From Daphnia carinata (taxonomy: Eukaryota), in NCBI RefSeq assembly GCF_022539665.2, contig NC_081331.1:11470001-11534000 (forward strand): 64,000 bases of DNA. The letters run 5' to 3'. The translations under genes were made by a program, and so were the position numbers. The notes under the pieces are model-generated. The model was not told where the DNA came from. It worked only from the letters and a program-made list of their open reading frames with translations, and searched no databases. Shown here one piece after another: positions 56,868 to 64,000 of the stretch; position 1 is the first letter of the stretch, and every line of letters starts with the position of its first letter.

Positions 56868-59800
56868 CTTCTTCTTCTGGGATCTTCTGCACGAAAGTTA
56901 ATCACACTCATCAGAAAACACCAACTGAGGTTAACTTTGGCTTCAGCATCATTTGCCAAATGCGAAAAAAATCAAAATGTATAAACAACTGCGAGTACCA
57001 AAACTGGCAGTTGCATCACTACTCTTCAATGCGCTGTCTAAGCGAGTAGTGCCTAGCATCCATCGCAAGCGAGAATGACACTAACGTCTTATGGTTCATA
57101 GCTACTATGCCTCAGCTTTTTTTAAAGGCTACATACATAATACACGAGATGCGGGTCCACAATTTTTTTTTTCTTGTTCAGCCAACACGCAGGTTATTCT
57201 GTTAAGTGAAATGCATCGATTTTCTTTCGTGATTGAAGCCAATAAAATTCAAACATTTTTCCCTTTGCCACCCTAGCATTATATTAGATAAATTTCAATC
57301 GACTGGTAACACAAACTGTTCGTCATGATGATCATTGTACCATGTTATACACAAGAATGTACGATTCTGGGGTATTTACCTTGACACAAATGAGACGGGC
57401 GTTAAACGCTTCGTCAGGATGAAGGACTCCTTCGCTGCACTCGCGTTTTACGAAGAACTCGGGATGAATGTTACCTGGAAGAAGAGCGACTAAGATCTGT
57501 TGACGATGCGGAAGTGAGATGTGAAGTCGTTTGCCCTTTATTAGCGTGCTTTTATACCGTCTAGAAAATATGGGAAGGAACCTGTTCATTTGCGCAAGAA
57601 GAACTCAAAGAAAGGTATGCATTAGTCATGTAACAGATCTCGGTCAATGTTTGTATGACTTGTCATACACAAGCAGGCCCATGGCAACCAAACATCTCGA
57701 AATTCTTACTAATTGAAAGCGTATACTGATATTCCAGGATCATCTCGTCTTTCTTTCTGACCCTTTATTATTCACAGCGCACGCTATTTGCTGTGTCTCC
57801 TCTTCGATTTTTTTTTCTTTTTTACCGACTTCTATGCAACTGGCCTTTTTCTTTCCAAGTCTCAGGAATGGCGTCTAATGATTGTACTTATCCCTTAGTA
57901 ACCACATATAGTTTCATTGCTGATCATATAGATTGGGATGTCGGATAGCTCCTTAAATAGGTTCCTTGGAACGAAAAAAAGAGGACACTAATACAGTTCT
58001 ATAGCGTGTTGGTGTCATTAGTAACGCGGAATGAGCTTTATCTGGCGTTAATTTTTGAAGCACGAAATCTAGTTACGTGATCTTTTCTAATAGATTTTGA
58101 CGGAAGATATATGAACGTCTTTATATATCCAATTAAGTCACTTACTTCGATTACGCCTCACGCAACTCTGCCCACGATTTTCATGAATTTTGGATGGTTT
58201 TCCGTGTGTAGACATGTCACAGCATGCTTCTTAATTTTTTTAGGCAGAAATATAAATCTCAGGCTTAGACGAGAAATGTCACGCTATGATTCTCCTCTCG
58301 TGTTTCATTGGAGCTCCATTTCTGACTGTATATAAGAGGGAAAGAAACGTTACAAAATCATAATCACCCAGGAGAATCAACTAATTGCTTTGTGGGACCC
58401 TCCCTGAGACAATCTTTCATTTCTCTCAATCCTCTTTTCACTTTCTTTTTATCACTGACGTGCAACAGACCATAAGACCCAGACAAGATCACAACAGTCA
58501 AATAAAGCCTTTTTTTTTTTATTGCCACCTAAATTTTCATTGCCGACGTTCCTCCAATTGTGTTTTTTAGCAAGCAAAAAATATGTGAACCTGAACTGGG
58601 TTTATTAAGTTCTCGTTTTTTTCCTGGAAATCCCAGTCCGGGGCATCTCTAAAGATTCATTTCCATGGCTTTATTTTGCCAATAGCTGTCAAGCTGTTAC
58701 GAGGTGCCGTGTTACCCATCCAGCCACGGGTGCCGAACGGATCTTGCATAGCTGCAATTTCCGTTTGATTTCGCGTTGAAATTGCGAACCACGGAAAATC
58801 CAGAAATAGGAGGCATCCAGCAACCGCATCGGCTGCTTTCATCAAATTTTGTGTATAACGATAAAGCTGTGTGTAACATTGTTTATTCAAGTTTGTACAG
58901 TTAAATATAAGATGTGGAGCAAAACCTTATTACAAAAGAATATGAACAAAAGTTGGAGGAAAAAAAAAAGAAGGAGATCAAAATGAGACATCAGACGCAG
59001 AAGAATAAAAGCTACTTACTTCCCCCCTTTTATTGTTTCTGTGTAACAGTCGACTGTTCGCGAACTCGCAGCTTCGAATGAAATTCATCGATCGGGTCGA
59101 GAATCCAATTGAAGGGCAAAACAAAAAAAAAAAGAGAAGACAAAGCGGAGAGTGAAAAAAAAGAAACGAAATGCTGCACAATGGCAAAGACAATAGCTAC
59201 ACAAGTAAAAGAAATACAGTAGGACTTAAAGTGGGGCTTACTTCGCAGAAAGAAAAAGGAAAACGGGCACCCGTGGCAACGAAACTAAATACGTATTTAC
59301 AACTGACTCGATACCACTTATAACCATGGATTTTTTTTTGAGAGATCATAACAATCAAAATCAGATTGTCCGGGAAACGGTGCACAACAATCGTCTCCTA
59401 AAGCCGCACGCTATTACATGTTGTTGGAACAGAGGAATATACTGGCAGTCTTGTACAATGTTGTTGTAATCAAACGCTTGTCAAAAAAGAACGGGTATAA
59501 ATATGACGTGGGCTATGCACGAAATTGGATGTGGCAGTCGGACATGAAAAATTGCACAGGTCTTATTTATTTGGACGTCACGTTTTATATTACAGTTCGG
59601 GAATCGTAGTGAGGTATCCAATGGAAAGGACCGTTCAATTCCAACTAAGGATGTATCACGTCCAGAACCCGACAGCCTGGAACAGAGATGACGGCATCAA
59701 TTCGGGCGGATGAGACCGAAAGAAGGAAACTCACATACTTTCACGTATACTTTACATATTGCAGATACATATATGAATAGCAAAAAAACAAAAAAAAAAA

Positions 59801-59982
59801 ACATCAGAGTTTATACATGGAGATAGGAGTGCTGGGAAAATGCAACCAACCAGCACGAGGAACGTTTCTTCTGAATTTTTTTTATCTACATAAAAGAATT
59901 CAATTTTTGTTCAATAAATAGCTAGTTTCATGTAAGCCGCTCGGTTTAATGTACAAATCGAATTCCGCAAGCAAAATCTACT

Positions 59983-60822
59983 CTATTTGGTGGGTAGGAC
60001 GAGTGAATCAGCTGATCGGACGAGTGTAGGCAGCAGAAGTAAGACTGGAGGTTGTGGCTCTTGTCTGGATTCCAACATCGAGTTTCGTTGACCAGCGCGT
60101 TGGACGATGTCCAATTCTTCCAAGCGGACGGACGTGCGATTCCGTTCGTTGCCGAAGGACTTCATTTCTCTCGCTGGATGCTGGTTATTATTGCCGGGCA
60201 ATTGATGGCTGTAAAGCGGATCGACGTAGCCATAAGGGCCGCCCATATATTCGAATTGATTTCCGTTGCGGTAGCTATACGTGACGGCCGGCGCGGATGA
60301 TAATTCATCCAGCTCGTATTCTTCATCGTCATCGTCCTCGAATAGACAACTGCTCTTAGATTGGGTGAATCCAAAGCCGGGCAAATGCTGGCCAAATCTC
60401 GCCAAGATCTGCTGCTTTTGTGTGGCTATCGCTTCTCCATTGGCCAACGGCCTGCCGTAGCGACGCTTCGGCGATCCGCACAGGCTTTTTGTTTCCAACG
60501 GAGTTGCCATTTGCTGCTGCTGTTGAAGTTGAACGTCTTCTCTGGCCAGCGAGCCGATGTAAGCCGTCCCATTTTCAGTTGGCAAATCTTTGCTCTTCAT
60601 GCCGGAGAGCCAAGTTTTGAAGATGAGAAAGCCACTTTGAACCTCTCCAGCTTCTCCCGATGATGATAATTTCAACTGTTGGCTGGCGTTGTTGTCACTC
60701 TGTCGATGTTGCTGTGAGAATACTTCTCCTGGGGGATTAAACATCTTTAGCGTAGCTGTCGGAGTCATCGTTTCCATAGCAGTAGACGTTGCCGTTGCCG
60801 GCTCACCGCTTCCCGACAAGAC
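59983..60822 (-). CDS. Probable large coding exon (low complexity, Q/D/E-rich), possibly an N-terminal extension of the guanylyl cyclase or a separate gene
   Basis: 320-codon open frame, GC-richer than its flanks, with a candidate acceptor gcgcag|GTC at ~60822 and the same strand as the cyclase. No recognisable domain and the 3' donor is unresolved. Confidence 0.5.
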   Translation of the reverse strand, partial: VLSGSGEPATATSTAMETMTPTATLKMFNPPGEVFSQQHRQSDNNASQQLKLSSSGEAGEVQSGFLIFKTWLSGMKSKDLPTENGTAYIGSLAREDVQLQQQQQMATPLETKSLCGSPKRRYGRPLANGEAIATQKQQILARFGQHLPGFGFTQSKSSCLFEDDDDEEYELDELSSAPAVTYSYRNGNQFEYMGGPYGYVDPLYSHQLPGNNNQHPAREMKSFGNERNRTSVRLEELDIVQRAGQRNSMLESRQEPQPPVLLLLPTLVRSADSLVLPTK

Positions 60823-63800
60823 CTGCGCGCGCATTTCCGCATGATTCGTATAGAAAAAGAAATGTGATAGAACAAAAAAAAAAATTCTATAATTTATCGG
60901 AGATATACTGCAGCAACATTGCCGCTGTTTTTGCCAATAGGGCAATGTGAACAGGGAATAAAATCAAATAAAACAGGGCAATTCTAGAGAGGCTTTTGTG
61001 TTGAGCCGATCGATCGCCTCAACTGGCTCTCAATTGGCCGAAGCTTTAACTCATCAAAGGAAGTGAAGTTGATGACGAGCGAAAAGAGAGCAAAGAATAG
61101 AGAGCGAGGCATTGCACACATAATAGGAATTGCAAAAGAGAAAGTATAAAAGCTGCCTATATTAATCAATTTCCACAATTCTTGTGCTTGCTTTTTAGTC
61201 TGCAGGCGTTCACTTGAAAGCCAAACAGCAGAGCAGCGCCGGCCAAAGCTGCCTGACAATCTAATAGGCAAAACTTGAAAGGATCGACACCCTCACACAG
61301 CCGCGCCAATTTCAAAAGGTCGCAGAAACATAGCGAAAGAAGTCTAGCGTTTTTCTAAGTAAAAAAAAAAAAGGGGGGGAAAATACACATAGTCTGACAC
61401 TCGAGAATGGTGCCCAGAATAGCAGTGGGAGTGCTTATTCAAATACAAAAGAAAAAGAAGCATCCATTTTCATCGTGCCGTTAGTTTTTTTTTTTTCATT
61501 CGAACTGAGTGCGTCGCAGCTTATGATTTTTTAAAAGAACCCGATGTTTCTTTTCTCGGCATTTCAAGTTGCCTGTAAATATCCGCAATCCTTGGGAGGA
61601 TCGCATAATCTATTCGAATTGCACTTCATCATTGTGGCAACCGCAAGTTTCAGCTTGACAGTCTTAACAGCAGCCAAAGTTTTGCGGTTTGTGTAAGGAA
61701 ACGCGAAAAGAGTAGGGACCCCTTTCTCGCTAATTACGGCGGCCATCTTCTTCCCGCCACGCTCGTTGCCACCCCGCACTCCTAGCACGTCTTCACGCCG
61801 ACGACTCCTTTGATGTTGTCGATATATCATTTCACGTGTGTCTCACAGTATCTTTATTCTACATAATTCATACCTGCCAACAACTATCACACGCCATGTA
61901 CGTGGGCGCACACATACACACACCGCGTTGAGTCAACTCTGCAGCGTGTACAGAAAGCGAAAGTACATAGACATAAAACAAAAAGGAGGAGGAATGACTC
62001 AATTATTCAAATGCAAGCCCGCAAGACTTTTCGCTCGAGAGTTTTAGTACATTTTTTTTCAAGCAAACGAATTATCGTTATCTCGGCTGTATGCATTTAC
62101 CTGAGTCTCGACAATCAAGTCGTTATCGACCAGCTTGATGATGTAACTGTCATTTGGCGGGTCATTCCTTGTCTGAATAAAGGTCGTCTTTTACGCCACG
62201 AGGGAAAAATGCGGAAAATTAGAAACTCATTACACTGATTTTTGTAGGCTGAGGTACGGCGAGGAGCATCATGCAAAATGTATGTGTACCTGAATGGCTT
62301 GTGGAGACGTGGCTTGAGATTTGGTAATGGCCGCGTGATCGTCTAAGACGACGGTCGTCAACGGAAAAGCGGATCGATCGTGACGGTCTTTGTATCTACC
62401 GAAGCAGCTTTGCCCCCGTAAGCAGCCGATCCTTGTGTGTGTGTGTGTAGGTCGTGTGTTGATATATATTGCGGGGTCCACGTAGGGATTGGAATGAGAG
62501 TCAGGGCCAACGGTCAATAACATCGCCAGCCAATCGACAATTGGACGAGAAGAAAGGAATACGAAAGAACATAAGCGGCTAAGTTAATTTTGTCAAGTAG
62601 TCCAAGGGTAAAAAAGATCAATTTGCAAACAGCAATCGTCCAACTCGAATACGATACCTGAGGAAAATAAAGAAGAGCAATACGATGGCTAGGCCAGCAG
62701 AGGTCGTTAGGATGATCAACAAAGTTAAGCGTCCATCTGTGAACATATACAAGCATTGTTAGAATAAACAAATCACTATATACTTTAAAGAGACGTGGCA
62801 GTGAACTAAGCAAGTTACCTTGATCCAGCATCAGTGAGGCATCCTGTGAACGATTGGTAGCCACTTCGACGGGCGTGTAGGCCGGCGGTAAAATTCGAGA
62901 AGCCAATAAGGTGTTTTCCCAAGCCATGCTGATCATGAGGAAGGCAGTTAAGGCTGTTGTGACAAATGAAGAACGAAAGACAGTCCACTGGCAGTGTTCC
63001 GTTAGGTTCCCTGATGAACTGTAACGTACGTTCCAATCGTTGTTTGCGCGTATGCAGAGCGTGACTTCTTCCACCGCAGAATTATTTCCTGTTTTCAATT
63101 TCCTGTTCAAACGTTTAGCGGGCCTCAATCTGTAAACGTTTCCTCCGTCGGACCTTCCGTTTTTTTTTTTTTGGTCATTCACATGTGCGATGATTACAGA
63201 ACGGCTGGCCAAACTATCCCTTCCCCAAAAACGGGTTAGAGTAAGAAAATTGAAAGCTCAGCACGAAGGCTGCTCTTTTCTTTTTAGCAATTGCATCGAC
63301 TAACTTGAGCCTTTTCAGTTCGGGCTTTGTGCAACTTCAGTTACTAGTCTAGTGAACTTTCTTTATAGTGCACAGTTCGTCAGCAACAACGCCAAAGCAA
63401 ACAAAAAAGCAGCTTTTATTATCATTTTTTTTTCAATTGCACACTGTCTGTTACATGAAAGCCTAACAACCCCTCGACATTTTTCCCTTTCTTTTTTTTT
63501 CCTATTTTTATTAAAAGGTGTCATAGGATACGGAAGTTCCAAAAGCTTTTAAATAGTTTTTATTTTGTTCTGTTTAAATTGAGGGGGGGGGGGGAATCCA
63601 CGTGTAATGAACTAACTGTCACGCTCACATGAACTGTCGTTTCGAACGCAACTTGGACAGTCGGAAACTGCACTGTACCTAAAAAGTTTCTTCGTCGCTA
63701 GTAATTACTGGCCAATGCAAGTTCTGGGCCACAACGTACACACGTACACACACCGCTGGACAGAGCTTGACGGATGAGAAATGGTTGAATTACAGCCAAA

Positions 63801-63978
63801 GGCAGAGGAGTAGCGACCAATGTCAACCGACAAGGACGGGCGAATTGGATCGACTGCGGCGAGTCCGCCTCGGTTGGGTGCAACATACACGATGGAGAAC
63901 CCAACGCCAAAGAGGGAAGTGACTGAACGGAGGAAACAGCAGCTGGGGCAAAGGGAAGTACGACGGGCGTGTTGGTTG

Positions 63979-63996
63979 CACACACACACACACACA
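63979..63996 (+). repeat. (CA)n microsatellite
   Basis: cacacacacacacacaca. Confidence 0.9.
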
Positions 63997-64000
63997 AAAA

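Overview
Eukaryotic DNA with short (about 55-80 nt) GT-AG introns and many A/T runs. This is consistent with a compact arthropod genome such as Daphnia, but that assignment is inference. Four intron-containing genes can be rebuilt from the sequence: FAM135-like (+, 7838-14956), an MFSD12-like transporter (+, 23514-25583), a thin/abba-type TRIM-NHL protein (-, 37445-42825) and a NIT-domain two-TM guanylyl cyclase (-, 47865-56867, 5' end uncertain). The most unusual part is 16.3-37 kb. It holds three copies of a foldback element, about 4.9 kb when complete, with termini TATGGCAATCCGTTTTACA and inverted arms of about 2.2 kb. Each arm carries a spliced orphan gene and a conserved GC-rich hairpin core. 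A roughly 500-bp spacer carries three tRNA-like Pol III units. The elements sit inside arrays of a roughly 520-bp TAGCCTT-ended MITE-like repeat, with no matching target-site duplication and about 135-140 bp of target missing at both sites. The two repeat blocks mirror each other around the MFSD12-like gene. No transposase was recognised.
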